From assembly GCA_019057815.1 (NCBI GenBank), contig JAHLWR010000002.1:68902-132901 (forward strand): a stretch of 64,000 bases of DNA, read 5' to 3'. Each line of letters starts with the position of its first letter. The stretch's first letter is position 1. The DNA comes from Candidatus Heimdallarchaeota archaeon (GTDB taxonomy: Archaea > Asgardarchaeota > Heimdallarchaeia > Heimdallarchaeales > Heimdallarchaeaceae). Below the pieces are notes generated by a model. It did not search any database, had not been told where the DNA came from, and saw nothing but the letters and a program-made list of their open reading frames with translations. Below are positions 1 through 9,252 of the stretch, piece after piece. The position numbers and the translations under genes are program-made.

Positions 1-857
1 ATGAAACTACTGCACTATTAGGGTCTAATTGTGGAATAAAAGATTTAGCTGCTATCGCAAAAGCAAGTCAAATGTGTGATGATTTAGGTTTGGATACTAT
101 AACCTCTGGTGCAACTATAAGCTTTGCAATGGAATGTAGTGAAAAAAACATATTAGAACAGAATGATATTGATGATCTTAAATTTGGTAATGATGATGCT
201 GTTCACAAAATGCTTCAACTTATAGCCAAAAAAGAAAGAATTGGAGAGTTATTCTCAAAGGGTTCTTTAGCTGCAGCTAAAATACTAGGACACAATACTA
301 GCGATTTTGCTATTCAAGTAAAAGGATTAGAATTGGCAGGTATTGAACCACGTGGCTCATTTGGAATGGCTTTAGCTTACTCGACTTCAGATCGTGGAGC
401 ATGTCATCAACGTTGTTGGACACCTTCAGCTGAACTAAGAGGTGATCTTAAACGATTTTCTTTTGCAGGAGTGCCAAAATTTGTTAAAGAAAATCAAGAT
501 GAGAGAGCTATGTGTTTTTCATTAGTATTATGCGATTTTCTACCCTTTGAAGTCCCCGAAATGGTTGAAATGTTAAATACTGCTACAGGGTTCTCTTACA
601 CACAAGAGAGCTATCTTCTAACTGGTGAAAGAATATGGAATCTCACAAGAATGTTTAACGTTCGTGAAGGTATAACAGCTGCAAATGATGTACTACCAAA
701 GAGATTTTACGAAGAAGAAATGCCTGAAGGACCTGCTAAAGGACAAAAAATAAAGGAAGAAGAACTTGAAAATGCAAAATCAGAATATTATAAGTTAAGA
801 GGTTGGGACCAAAATGGTATCCCTACAAATGAAAAGTTAAGTCAACTAGAGATTTAA
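1..857 (+). CDS. Aldehyde:ferredoxin oxidoreductase (tungsten AOR family), C-terminal portion; the 5' end lies outside the window
   Basis: The reading frame is open from base 3 through the ORF at 72..857. The translation ETTALLGSNCGIKDLAAIAKASQMCDDLGLDTITSGATISFAMEC...YSTSDRGACHQRCWT matches the AFOR C-terminal domain pattern. Confidence 0.75.
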   Translation, partial: ETTALLGSNCGIKDLAAIAKASQMCDDLGLDTITSGATISFAMECSEKNILEQNDIDDLKFGNDDAVHKMLQLIAKKERIGELFSKGSLAAAKILGHNTSDFAIQVKGLELAGIEPRGSFGMALAYSTSDRGACHQRCWTPSAELRGDLKRFSFAGVPKFVKENQDERAMCFSLVLCDFLPFEVPEMVEMLNTATGFSYTQESYLLTGERIWNLTRMFNVREGITAANDVLPKRFYEEEMPEGPAKGQKIKEEELENAKSEYYKLRGWDQNGIPTNEKLSQLEI

Positions 858-983
858 TATTGCAACAAGTTTTTCATTCTCTTTTATATTTTAGCAGAGT
901 TTTATTTGTAATTTCCTTGAATTTCAAATTACAGAAAGTATTAATAACAACTGTTTTGCTTCCCCTATGTAAATAGATTTTAG

Positions 984-2423
984 TTGTTCCCTATGAATCA
1001 AGCTTCTTCCATACGAAAACCGATTAACCAAAGGAATATAGTATTAATTATTATCTCTCTATCTTCATTTATTTCGGCTTTCAGTGGGTCATCTATAATA
1101 GTTGCAGCTCCTATAATGGGAACAGAGTTGCAAATGGATGCAGCAACACTTAGTTGGTTTGTTACCATCTTTATCTTAGCTACAGCATTATTACAGATAC
1201 CTTTTGGTAAAATAGCTGACCTTTATGGGAGAAAAAAAATCTATTTTATAGGGATGTTAATATTCACCAGTGCTACACTTGCACTAGGTTTTGCTAATTC
1301 AGCAAATTTACTGCTAGCATTCAGATTCGTACAAGGAATTGGTGCAGCACTAGTTTTTGCTACAGGTACAGCTATTCTTACATCTGTTTTTCCTGCAAAT
1401 GAAAAAGGGAAGGCATTTGGTTATAATATAGGAGCTGTTTATTTTGGTTTAACCATAGGTCCTTCTTTAGGCGGAGTCTTAACTCAACATCTTGGATGGA
1501 GAAGTATATTCTATGTTACTGCTTCCTTAGCATTAATAGTTGCTCTTCTGATTGTATGGAAGTTGAAAGGTGAATGGACTAGTGAAATAAAAGAACCATT
1601 TGATTACATTGGATCTTTAATCTACGTTTCTACTCTCTTTCTTCTTCTTTACGGGTTTAAAGTTCTCCCAGAATATCCAGGATATATAATGATTGGTGGT
1701 TCTATCATATGCGCTGGTACTTTTGTTTGGTGGGAAAGGAGAATAGATAACCCTATCTTAGAACTTAGACTGTTTAAGAAGAACAAATTTTTCACGTTTG
1801 CTAATCTTTCAGCTTTTGCTTTTTACACTTCAACTTCAGCTGTTTCTTTTCTGTTGAGTCTATATTTACAATCAGTAAAAGGATTTACTCCCCAACAAAC
1901 TGGGCTGATTCTTCTAGCAAGACCTATTGTTCAAGCTATTCTGTCTCCAATAGGTGGTAGACTTTCAGACTTTATTGAACACAGGACAATCACAACTATA
2001 GGAGTAGGAATAGGGTTTGTGAGTCTATTGTTACTAACCTTCCTGAATGAAAATTCGCACCTAAGTCTGATTATAATCAGTTTAGCTCTTGGTGGGCTAG
2101 GATTCGGTTTATTTTCCTCTCCTAATGCTAATTCAATTATGAGCTCAGTTTCAAAAAGATTCTTTGGTGTGGCTTCAGCCTTAATAGGTACAATGAGAAC
2201 TATAGGTCAAACACTAAGTTTGGGTATTGTAACTCTAATATTCGCAGTATTAATCGGTGATACTAGCTCTGAATCACCAGAATATGCAACTCAACTATTA
2301 GAGAGTTCAAAAATAGCTTTTATTATATTTACATCGTTGTGTACTATTGCTGTAGTCTTTTCATTCCTTAGGGGAAAGATGGATCAATTAAAAGAACTAG
2401 ATAAAAGTGAGGTAAGTCACTAA
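984..2423 (+). CDS. MFS transporter (DHA2/EmrB-like, about 14 TM helices)
   Basis: The 479-aa polytopic membrane protein has MFS signature loops (GKIADLYGRKK, RFVQGIGAALVFATG). Confidence 0.75.
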   Translation: MFPMNQASSIRKPINQRNIVLIIISLSSFISAFSGSSIIVAAPIMGTELQMDAATLSWFVTIFILATALLQIPFGKIADLYGRKKIYFIGMLIFTSATLALGFANSANLLLAFRFVQGIGAALVFATGTAILTSVFPANEKGKAFGYNIGAVYFGLTIGPSLGGVLTQHLGWRSIFYVTASLALIVALLIVWKLKGEWTSEIKEPFDYIGSLIYVSTLFLLLYGFKVLPEYPGYIMIGGSIICAGTFVWWERRIDNPILELRLFKKNKFFTFANLSAFAFYTSTSAVSFLLSLYLQSVKGFTPQQTGLILLARPIVQAILSPIGGRLSDFIEHRTITTIGVGIGFVSLLLLTFLNENSHLSLIIISLALGGLGFGLFSSPNANSIMSSVSKRFFGVASALIGTMRTIGQTLSLGIVTLIFAVLIGDTSSESPEYATQLLESSKIAFIIFTSLCTIAVVFSFLRGKMDQLKELDKSEVSH

Positions 2424-2481
2424 ATCATTAATAATCAAAACTATTAATACTTAAAAACTGAGTGAAGGACCTAGACAACAA

Positions 2482-3003
2482 TCATCCAAACACTTCATAC
2501 TTCAAAATGTTGAGCTTATTAACAATTTCTTGAATTGGCTGGTATTCGTCTAGATACATACCAACGGTTTTTATCCTTGTTTCTAAGATATATTTTGAAA
2601 GGTTTGATAGATCATAGTTTTTTAATTCATTAATAGATACAAATTTTGCTTCTGAGGTTTCAAAATGATCTGATACCGCGTTTCCTTCAACATAATCTAG
2701 GCTAAAAACTAAATATAAATCAGAAATAGTCCTATTCTCGTCTTTTTTTTGTGTTGAGTGTCTCAACATTACCAATCCTCCAACTCGAGTTTTCACTCCT
2801 GTTTCTTCTAAAACTTCCCTAACTACCGCTTCAGATAAAGTTTCCCCGATTTCTACATATCCACCAGGGATAGACCATTTTCCTATATTAATACCAAAAG
2901 AATGTTGAATTAAGAGAACTTTTTCTTTATGAACACATATTCCACCTACTCCTAAACGATGTTTTTCAAAATTAGTTGAGGAAAGATTTCTCATGTATTT
3001 CAA
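2482..3003 (-). CDS. NUDIX hydrolase
   Basis: It carries a Nudix box, GGYVEIGETLSEAVVREVLEETGV (GX5EX7REUXEEXGU). Confidence 0.75.
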   Translation of the reverse strand: MKYMRNLSSTNFEKHRLGVGGICVHKEKVLLIQHSFGINIGKWSIPGGYVEIGETLSEAVVREVLEETGVKTRVGGLVMLRHSTQKKDENRTISDLYLVFSLDYVEGNAVSDHFETSEAKFVSINELKNYDLSNLSKYILETRIKTVGMYLDEYQPIQEIVNKLNILKYEVFG

Positions 3004-3131
3004 ATGTTTTAGAAAATTAAAAGCCTTTTGCTAGAAACTTATTATTTGATTTTAAAAAATATTCAGAAATTGATTGCTTTCCGCTGTTAATTTGATATAA
3101 GATTTATATATTACATAGAGTTCTGATTTTT

Positions 3132-4187
3132 ATGGATTCTAATAAGTGGAAATTTATTGTTAACCCTAACGCAGGGACAAAACTGTGTTTAAAGAGGTGG
3201 GAGAAAGCAGAACCAGTTATTAAGGATAGTGGAATTGATTATGATGTTGTTTTAACTACTGGAGTAAGACAAGGACAAGAACTAGTTAAACAAGCTGTAA
3301 ATGATGGTTTTGATAGAATTATTATTGTAAGTGGTGATGGAGTTGTTAACGAAGGAATAAACGGGTTGATGGAACTATCTGAGGAAAAACGTAAAAAAGT
3401 AGTATTTGGAGTTTTACCCTTTGGAACAGGAAATGATATGTGTACAAGTTTGGGAATGCCATGGAATCCAGAAAATTCTGCAAAAACACTAATTAATAAG
3501 ACAGCAGTTGCCCCAGCTTCAGTAGGCAAAGTTAACTATCCAGATACAAAGTTTGAAGTGTATTTTGCTAATGTGTTTGACTTTGGGATATCTTCACTTG
3601 TAAATCTAGCAAATTATGAGGGAGAAATGAAATGGATAAAAGGCCCAAATAAATATACATTATTAGCGCTAAAAAAATTAATCCAAGTGAAACAGCGAAA
3701 AGGAACAATAAGGCTTGATGATGGAGATCCAATAGATTTCAGGTTAATGTTCGTAACCATAGGCGTAGGAAAAGCTGTAGGTGGTGGTATGTTGTGTTGT
3801 GTTGACGCTCATCCTCAAAATGATTTCTTTGATCTTTTTATTACCCAAAATGTTTCCAAACTCCAAACTCTCAAAGGTATCAAGACAATCCACAAAGGTG
3901 AACATAAGAAGATGAAAAATACCATCTATACAACAGCAAAGAAAGTTGAAGTGGAATTAGAAAGTCCAATAGCTATGGAACATGATGGAGAAATATATAT
4001 CCCTGAAGATGTTAGTGCTCACGTAATCGCAAAACACATTCCTCTAGCTTATAATGCTCTATACAACACTGAACACCCGTCAATGAAATGGCTTACTCCA
4101 GAGGAACTTGAACAAGGTATTAAAGCAGATGGAACAGCAACAGGTATGTCACATCATAAAGGTCGTACGTGGATGGAAAAGAATTAA
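3132..4187 (+). CDS. Diacylglycerol-kinase catalytic-domain lipid kinase (YegS/BmrU-like)
   Basis: DAGK_cat motifs are present: IIIVSGDGVVNEG and PFGTGNDMCTSLG. Confidence 0.65.
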   Translation: MDSNKWKFIVNPNAGTKLCLKRWEKAEPVIKDSGIDYDVVLTTGVRQGQELVKQAVNDGFDRIIIVSGDGVVNEGINGLMELSEEKRKKVVFGVLPFGTGNDMCTSLGMPWNPENSAKTLINKTAVAPASVGKVNYPDTKFEVYFANVFDFGISSLVNLANYEGEMKWIKGPNKYTLLALKKLIQVKQRKGTIRLDDGDPIDFRLMFVTIGVGKAVGGGMLCCVDAHPQNDFFDLFITQNVSKLQTLKGIKTIHKGEHKKMKNTIYTTAKKVEVELESPIAMEHDGEIYIPEDVSAHVIAKHIPLAYNALYNTEHPSMKWLTPEELEQGIKADGTATGMSHHKGRTWMEKN

Positions 4188-4211
4188 CAAGATAAATAAA
4201 ATATAGGTTGA

Positions 4212-4218
4212 TTTTTTT
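4212..4218 (+). terminator. Oligo-T tract (archaeal-type terminator) downstream of the lipid kinase gene
   Basis: A T7 run sits about 25 nt after the stop codon. Archaeal termination commonly uses oligo-T tracts. Confidence 0.3.
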
Positions 4219-4453
4219 ACAACGTTTTGGGGTTTTTAATTATTACACTACTAATATACTGAAGGATTTTAGAATTCGCAATTTTCTCGGTAATAAAAAT
4301 ATTGAAATTACTTCCGCACAATAATAACATTGTTGTCCACTGAAATTTTTCGGAGTAATTTTTAAAGGATTATCCGATTTTTTGCGATAGATTTATTAAT
4401 AAAATGCGAGAATCATAAGATTAGGGTTATCTTAACCCTACAAAGTGATAAAA

Positions 4454-5251
4454 ATGAAGAAAAAAGTTTTGTTAGTTGGAATCCTTTCTTTAGTCATATT
4501 AGTCACAACAGTTACTTCAATACAGGCTCTTGATCCTGTTGACAAGTATGCTTTGATTATTGGTGTTAGTGATTATAAAGCAATTAGTGACCTCAGTTTC
4601 TGTGACGAAGATGCTACTGATTGGTATAACTATTTAAGCCCTCTGGGCTACCAAATCACCCTCTTAGGTGACTCTCACCCTGAAAATTATCCATCGTATG
4701 ATGGTGTTGCAAGTGAAATTAATGTTAAAAATGCATGGGCAACAATTGTTGCAAATGCAGATGAGAACGATATAGTCGCGTTTATTAGCTCTGGCCATGG
4801 TTCTCAAGTTAACATTGGTGCTCGTCGAAGAAGGGACAGGATTTATGTTCAAGTCTTGTGCATGTGGGATACATCTGCAGGCGAAGATGGAGAAGATGGA
4901 CTAATTTATGATTATGAATTAGAAGCCATGATGGCACCATCAGTTAGCAATACTTTCATCTTTCTAGATCATTGTTATGCCGGTGGAATGAATGAGTTGA
5001 TGCAAAATGCTAATGCTGCTAAAGTCTACCTGACAACTACATGTACTGATGATGGATATGGATGGGATATGACCGCTTATGAAAATGGCGCTTGGACATA
5101 TTTCTTCCTTGAATATACATTAATTGGACATTTTGGTGGCACCGCTTCAATGGAAGCAACTTTTGACTACGCCTCTTTTGTATATCCCTTTGATGGTGGC
5201 GATACACCTCAAGAATTTGATGGTAATTCAGGGATAGATTTCTACCTATAG
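4454..5251 (+). CDS. Secreted caspase-fold (C14/CHF-class, orthocaspase-like) cysteine peptidase
   Basis: It has an N-terminal signal peptide (KKKVLLVGILSLVILVTTVTSIQA). The motif YALIIGVSDYK...FISSGHGSQ...FIFLDHCYAGG matches the caspase His/Cys dyad pattern. The ORF track starts at GTG 4445, but the ATG at 4454 (MKKKV) is more likely the start. Confidence 0.5.
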   Translation: MKKKVLLVGILSLVILVTTVTSIQALDPVDKYALIIGVSDYKAISDLSFCDEDATDWYNYLSPLGYQITLLGDSHPENYPSYDGVASEINVKNAWATIVANADENDIVAFISSGHGSQVNIGARRRRDRIYVQVLCMWDTSAGEDGEDGLIYDYELEAMMAPSVSNTFIFLDHCYAGGMNELMQNANAAKVYLTTTCTDDGYGWDMTAYENGAWTYFFLEYTLIGHFGGTASMEATFDYASFVYPFDGGDTPQEFDGNSGIDFYL

Positions 5252-5359
5252 TTCAAGGGCATTGTAGAGTTTAACTCTACATCCTTTTTTTCATTTTAAT
5301 CGTTCTTCTGAAAATTCTCGGGAGAATATTTAAATATCCCCGAAAGAAAATTTCAATTA

Positions 5360-5818
5360 ATGAAATATCTCAAAAAGGTTTCAATATTGTTCTTATTTGT
5401 GTTATTATTAGCTAGTATTAGCATTTATTCTACTTCAGCTAAACCTCCGCGCTCCAGTGAAACAGAGATACATTCAGTAACCATAACTGACGCTTATTAC
5501 ATAGGATGTGATATTTACTCTTCTATTACTGTAACAGTTAAGACAAATGCGAATACAGAAAATTACTATCTTAAAATCATTCTAACCAATCCAATAGGTG
5601 AAGAAGTATCGATAATTTTTCATATAATAGCATCACAAGAAACGGTTAACTTAGACCTCACGTTCTACAATTACGCGACTGTCTCGGGGGACTACATTAT
5701 TGAAGCTACTATAGTTTCAAATAGCAATGGCTGGTTTGCTGTTACTGATGTACTTGTTTTTGATCCTCCTAGTGGTGGCAGCGAAGGCGACCCGTATATA
5801 GGAGTAAGTGTATATTAG
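5360..5818 (+). CDS. Small secreted hypothetical protein
   Basis: Only an N-terminal signal peptide or TM segment is recognisable; there is no identifiable domain. Confidence 0.35.
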   Translation: MKYLKKVSILFLFVLLLASISIYSTSAKPPRSSETEIHSVTITDAYYIGCDIYSSITVTVKTNANTENYYLKIILTNPIGEEVSIIFHIIASQETVNLDLTFYNYATVSGDYIIEATIVSNSNGWFAVTDVLVFDPPSGGSEGDPYIGVSVY

Positions 5819-5859
5819 TAATAATAGAACTACCACCTATATTAGGGAGGAATAAGCAT

Positions 5860-6945
5860 ATGATTCCGTATTATAATCTATTCCAATATTTACAAAAAAA
5901 TCCTAATGCTAACTATTCACAAATGGCTAAGGAGCTAAAAATTACTGATAAGACTGCTAAAGCTCATTATCAGTATTTAGTTAAAAATGGATATATAATT
6001 GGAGTTAGAGCTAAATATAAACCTGAAAGCATAGGGTTAGAAACGAATAGTTACATCCTTTCTATCTCCGATTTGAAAAGAGTAAAAATTATTGAAAAAC
6101 TAGCTGATTTCCATTATTTTACAACTTTTAGAAACAGGATTCTAGGAAGCGCACAAGGATTATTTCTCCAATTTGATGTGCCAGCAACAACCTCAAAATA
6201 CCTTGATGCACTTTTTCTAAAACTTCAAGAATATAATATTATAGAGCAGTTTGAAAAAATCCTTTCACTACAGATAAAAGTCATTACAAAACCTGAATTC
6301 CAATTTTTTGACAATAAAATAGGAAAATGGACATGGGAGATTGATTCTTGGGAAAAGAAATATCAAACATCTTCCACTATATTTTCGGAAGAACCACAAA
6401 AAAAGAGAAATTTCATGAAACAACTGAGAGAATTAGATCTCAAACTTTTGTACAAATTAACCAGTGGTACAAAAGTTCCTCATGTTAAATTAGCAAAAGA
6501 ACTTGATGCAACATCAGTTCAAATAACACGAAGAATCAACTTTTTAAATGAAAATATACTGAATTACCGACTTTTGTATACACGATCAAAAATTCAACCT
6601 GTTGATCTTGTTCTCTTTAGAGGTAAGTGTTCAGAGGTAAAGAAAAACAAATTATACAATTTAATCACAAAACACTCTATTCCCTTTGATACTGGTTTTG
6701 AATTGTTAGATGACGGTTTTATGTGGAGAATGAATGTTCCACCATCGTACGTTTCACAATTTGGGGAATTCTTATGGAGCATTTGCGTGAATCTACAATT
6801 TTTTCACTTTGATCATAGTAAAAGTATGTTATACTACTTCTATGACGGAAACTATGATACAGAAAAGAAGGTTTGGAAAGCAACAAAGGCTGAACTTTAC
6901 GAGCTCCCGCTTGAATGGCTTAAAGAAAATCAAAAATGGATTTAG
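5860..6945 (+). CDS. Putative transcriptional regulator with two Lrp/AsnC-type wHTH modules
   Basis: Two segments resemble the AsnC-type HTH: NYSQMAKELKITDKTAKAHYQYLVKNGYIIGVRAKYKPESIGL and LDLKLLYKLTSGTKVPHVKLAKELDATSVQITRRINFL. A GGGAGG Shine-Dalgarno-like sequence lies upstream. Confidence 0.4.
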   Translation: MIPYYNLFQYLQKNPNANYSQMAKELKITDKTAKAHYQYLVKNGYIIGVRAKYKPESIGLETNSYILSISDLKRVKIIEKLADFHYFTTFRNRILGSAQGLFLQFDVPATTSKYLDALFLKLQEYNIIEQFEKILSLQIKVITKPEFQFFDNKIGKWTWEIDSWEKKYQTSSTIFSEEPQKKRNFMKQLRELDLKLLYKLTSGTKVPHVKLAKELDATSVQITRRINFLNENILNYRLLYTRSKIQPVDLVLFRGKCSEVKKNKLYNLITKHSIPFDTGFELLDDGFMWRMNVPPSYVSQFGEFLWSICVNLQFFHFDHSKSMLYYFYDGNYDTEKKVWKATKAELYELPLEWLKENQKWI

Positions 6946-6966
6946 AAACTATCAATCGAAAAATCT

Positions 6967-7488
6967 ATGACTGACCAAAATAAGAACATTGTAATGAGTT
7001 CCGTTGAAGAAAAAATAGGTAAACTATTACAAAGTAAAAGTTGGACATTAGCAACTGCAGAATCATGTACTGGAGGTTTCATCGCCCATTCTATAACAAA
7101 TATTTCTGGGAGTTCCTCCTATTTCAAGAGCGGATTTATAATATACAGTTTGGAATCAAAAAAGCGAATTCTTGATTTGGAGGAAAAAATAATTGAGAAT
7201 TTTGGTGTTTATTCACCAGAAACAGCTATAGCAATGGCAAATAATGTGAGAAAAATAGCAAATGCAACTATCGGTCTCTCTACTACAGGAATAGCACCTC
7301 CAGATGATGATAAAACAAAAAAACCTATTGGGCTAGCTTTTGTGGGAATTTCATCTTCTAAAATTCAAGAGTTTAGGCAATTTGATATTAAATGTAATAG
7401 CAGAGAAGAATTCAAGCAAAAACTAACAAAAGAGGCCCTGGGATTTTTAGAATCCTTTTTGATAAAAACATTAAAGGATAATAATTAA
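6967..7488 (+). CDS. CinA C-terminal domain protein (PncC-like NMN deamidase)
   Basis: The motifs LATAESCTGGFIA..., IGLSTTGIAPPDDD and KPIGLAFVGI match the CinA_C family pattern. Confidence 0.7.
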   Translation: MTDQNKNIVMSSVEEKIGKLLQSKSWTLATAESCTGGFIAHSITNISGSSSYFKSGFIIYSLESKKRILDLEEKIIENFGVYSPETAIAMANNVRKIANATIGLSTTGIAPPDDDKTKKPIGLAFVGISSSKIQEFRQFDIKCNSREEFKQKLTKEALGFLESFLIKTLKDNN

Positions 7489-7590
7489 CAAACAATGGTA
7501 TTAATCACCTGTGGTTGGATGTTACCCTTACAATAGGAAACTTTTTCATGTTTTTGCATGAAACGTTAATAACACATGAAAGATGGTTAA

Positions 7591-9162
7591 TTGCACATGG
7601 AATTTCTTGATGATTTCGACATTTCAATGGATCTTCTAAGCATTGAGAAAAGAGATTATCAAATAGATGCTGTTAAAGAAATCATCGAAACTTTATCTGA
7701 AAAATCTATTTTGCTTAATTATCCTTATGGAACAGGCAAAACAATCATAGCTCTACTCTCATTTTTAGCGATAAGGAAAGTTAAACCAGAAGCTAAGTTT
7801 ATTTTTACTTCAGCTCGGGAAGCTGCAGCTTTGCGTTGTCGTCAAGCTTTAGAGATGGCTAAAAAATTCGGTTTTATAGAAGAATTAGGCTATTTATATG
7901 ACCCTCGAGGAAAGGGATTGAGTTTAAGACAAAAACATAAGATGTATGAAGCATCTTCAGTTATTTTTGCTCCTATTACAACAATAATGAAAGATCGGTT
8001 TGAAATGCGAAGTAAATTAAAAGATGATATTCTCAAATCTATAGATTTGTGTGTAATTGATGAAGCAACCGATCTCCTTGCAAGAGATATGACAGGTTTT
8101 CGATTGAGTAAATATTTTGATACACTATTTCAAATAAGAAAACAAGGGAATATGTTTCCCATCTTAGCTATGACAGGAACAAGAGATAAGCAAAAGGCTA
8201 AAGCTATTAAGAAAATGTTAGATGAAAACGCCTATATGATGCAACGTCTTGACCTTTCACCTTATGAAACTATTACAAAAATGCACCAAATTAAAAGAGA
8301 AGATTATATCAAAATTGATCATTTACTATCATCTTTACTAAGTAAACCCGTTGAAACCATCCAAAAACTACTGGATTCTAAACTTTCGCGTCTTGAGATA
8401 ATCAAACTCTCCTATGGAGGGATTGTAGAGAGGTTGCAGACAGCTAAAAATGAATATCCTGTAAGAGTGGGAAGGTTTCAGATTAAAGATAAAGAAACCA
8501 AAGATGAATTAATCAATGCTTTCTTTAGATTGTTTAAGTTTGCACATTCGCGGTTACTTTTACTTGAATCAACTCCAAATGAGTTTCTTAAATATATAGA
8601 AATTGAAGAAAACAAAGAATTCTTCAAAGACGTTATTGAAGCAAGCAAAGAGATGATATCTTATAGAATTGATCTTCCACTCTATGACAACCCTTCAGAA
8701 ACAATTACTCGAGCTTTTATCCAACCCAAAGTGTACACTGCAGTTGAGATTATTTATGATCACTTAGTTAGAGGAGCACAAATTTTACTTTTTACTAGAT
8801 ATCTTGCTCTTGGAGAACAAATATACAGATTATTGAGAAAGCTAAATTTTCCCAATGTTAGATATCTTTCTGGTAAAACTCCAGAAGACCTGAGAAGAAT
8901 AACTCTCAAAGAGTTTGAAGAAGGAAATGCTGAAATATTAATTTTCACCCCTGTTGGAGGAAGGGGACTTAATTTAGATGCTGCTGATGTGGTTATTCAT
9001 CTTGATATCACCACTAACATTGATGACATGATACAACGAAGAGAACGCGCAAGAGGATGTTTGGAATATGTTCTGGTTCTTCAAGAAACCAGTGAAGAAA
9101 AAAAGGTTGAGGATTACGGAAAATTAATAGACAGCTTAAATAATAAAGAAACTGAAAATTAG
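7591..9162 (+). CDS. Superfamily-2 helicase (ResIII/DEAD-like N-terminus plus helicase C domain)
   Basis: It has motif I (PYGTGKT), motif II (VIDEATDL) and motif VI (QRRERARG), and its C-terminal domain resembles the helicase_C domain. Confidence 0.6.
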   Translation: MHMEFLDDFDISMDLLSIEKRDYQIDAVKEIIETLSEKSILLNYPYGTGKTIIALLSFLAIRKVKPEAKFIFTSAREAAALRCRQALEMAKKFGFIEELGYLYDPRGKGLSLRQKHKMYEASSVIFAPITTIMKDRFEMRSKLKDDILKSIDLCVIDEATDLLARDMTGFRLSKYFDTLFQIRKQGNMFPILAMTGTRDKQKAKAIKKMLDENAYMMQRLDLSPYETITKMHQIKREDYIKIDHLLSSLLSKPVETIQKLLDSKLSRLEIIKLSYGGIVERLQTAKNEYPVRVGRFQIKDKETKDELINAFFRLFKFAHSRLLLLESTPNEFLKYIEIEENKEFFKDVIEASKEMISYRIDLPLYDNPSETITRAFIQPKVYTAVEIIYDHLVRGAQILLFTRYLALGEQIYRLLRKLNFPNVRYLSGKTPEDLRRITLKEFEEGNAEILIFTPVGGRGLNLDAADVVIHLDITTNIDDMIQRRERARGCLEYVLVLQETSEEKKVEDYGKLIDSLNNKETEN

Positions 9163-9182
9163 TGTAAAATTAGAAATAAAGA

Positions 9183-9190
9183 TTTTTTTT
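9183..9190 (+). terminator. Oligo-T tract downstream of the helicase gene
   Basis: A T8 run sits about 20 nt after the stop codon. Confidence 0.3.
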
Positions 9191-9252
9191 CTGATTTTCA
9201 TGTCAAGTCTTTTCGTTGCAGTCAAAAGCATATATATACCCTCTTTATTTCT

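Noticed and set aside
907-933. An 8-bp inverted repeat (tgtaattt ... aaattaca) upstream of the MFS transporter gene
   Set aside because: The arms are short and AT-only. Such matches are expected by chance in AT-rich intergenic DNA.
3239-3529. Small antisense and overlapping ORFs within annotated genes. Examples are 3239..3529, 4664..4852, 6594..6782, 8760..8948, 10144..10356, 16227..16433, 18419..18691, 20048..20236, 21816..22166, 22838..23178, 24826..25158, 25279..25527, 28079..28288, 32475..32675, 35348..35846, 37056..37259, 38473..38661, 40672..41007, 41292..41480, 43995..44192, 44551..44781, 47744..48010, 50917..51135, 52065..52274, 52670..52900, 55175..55712, 56813..57001, 61460..62209
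   Set aside because: They overlap stronger genes that have identifiable domains, and they show no motifs. Such ORFs are typical in AT-rich genomes, which have few stop codons in some frames.
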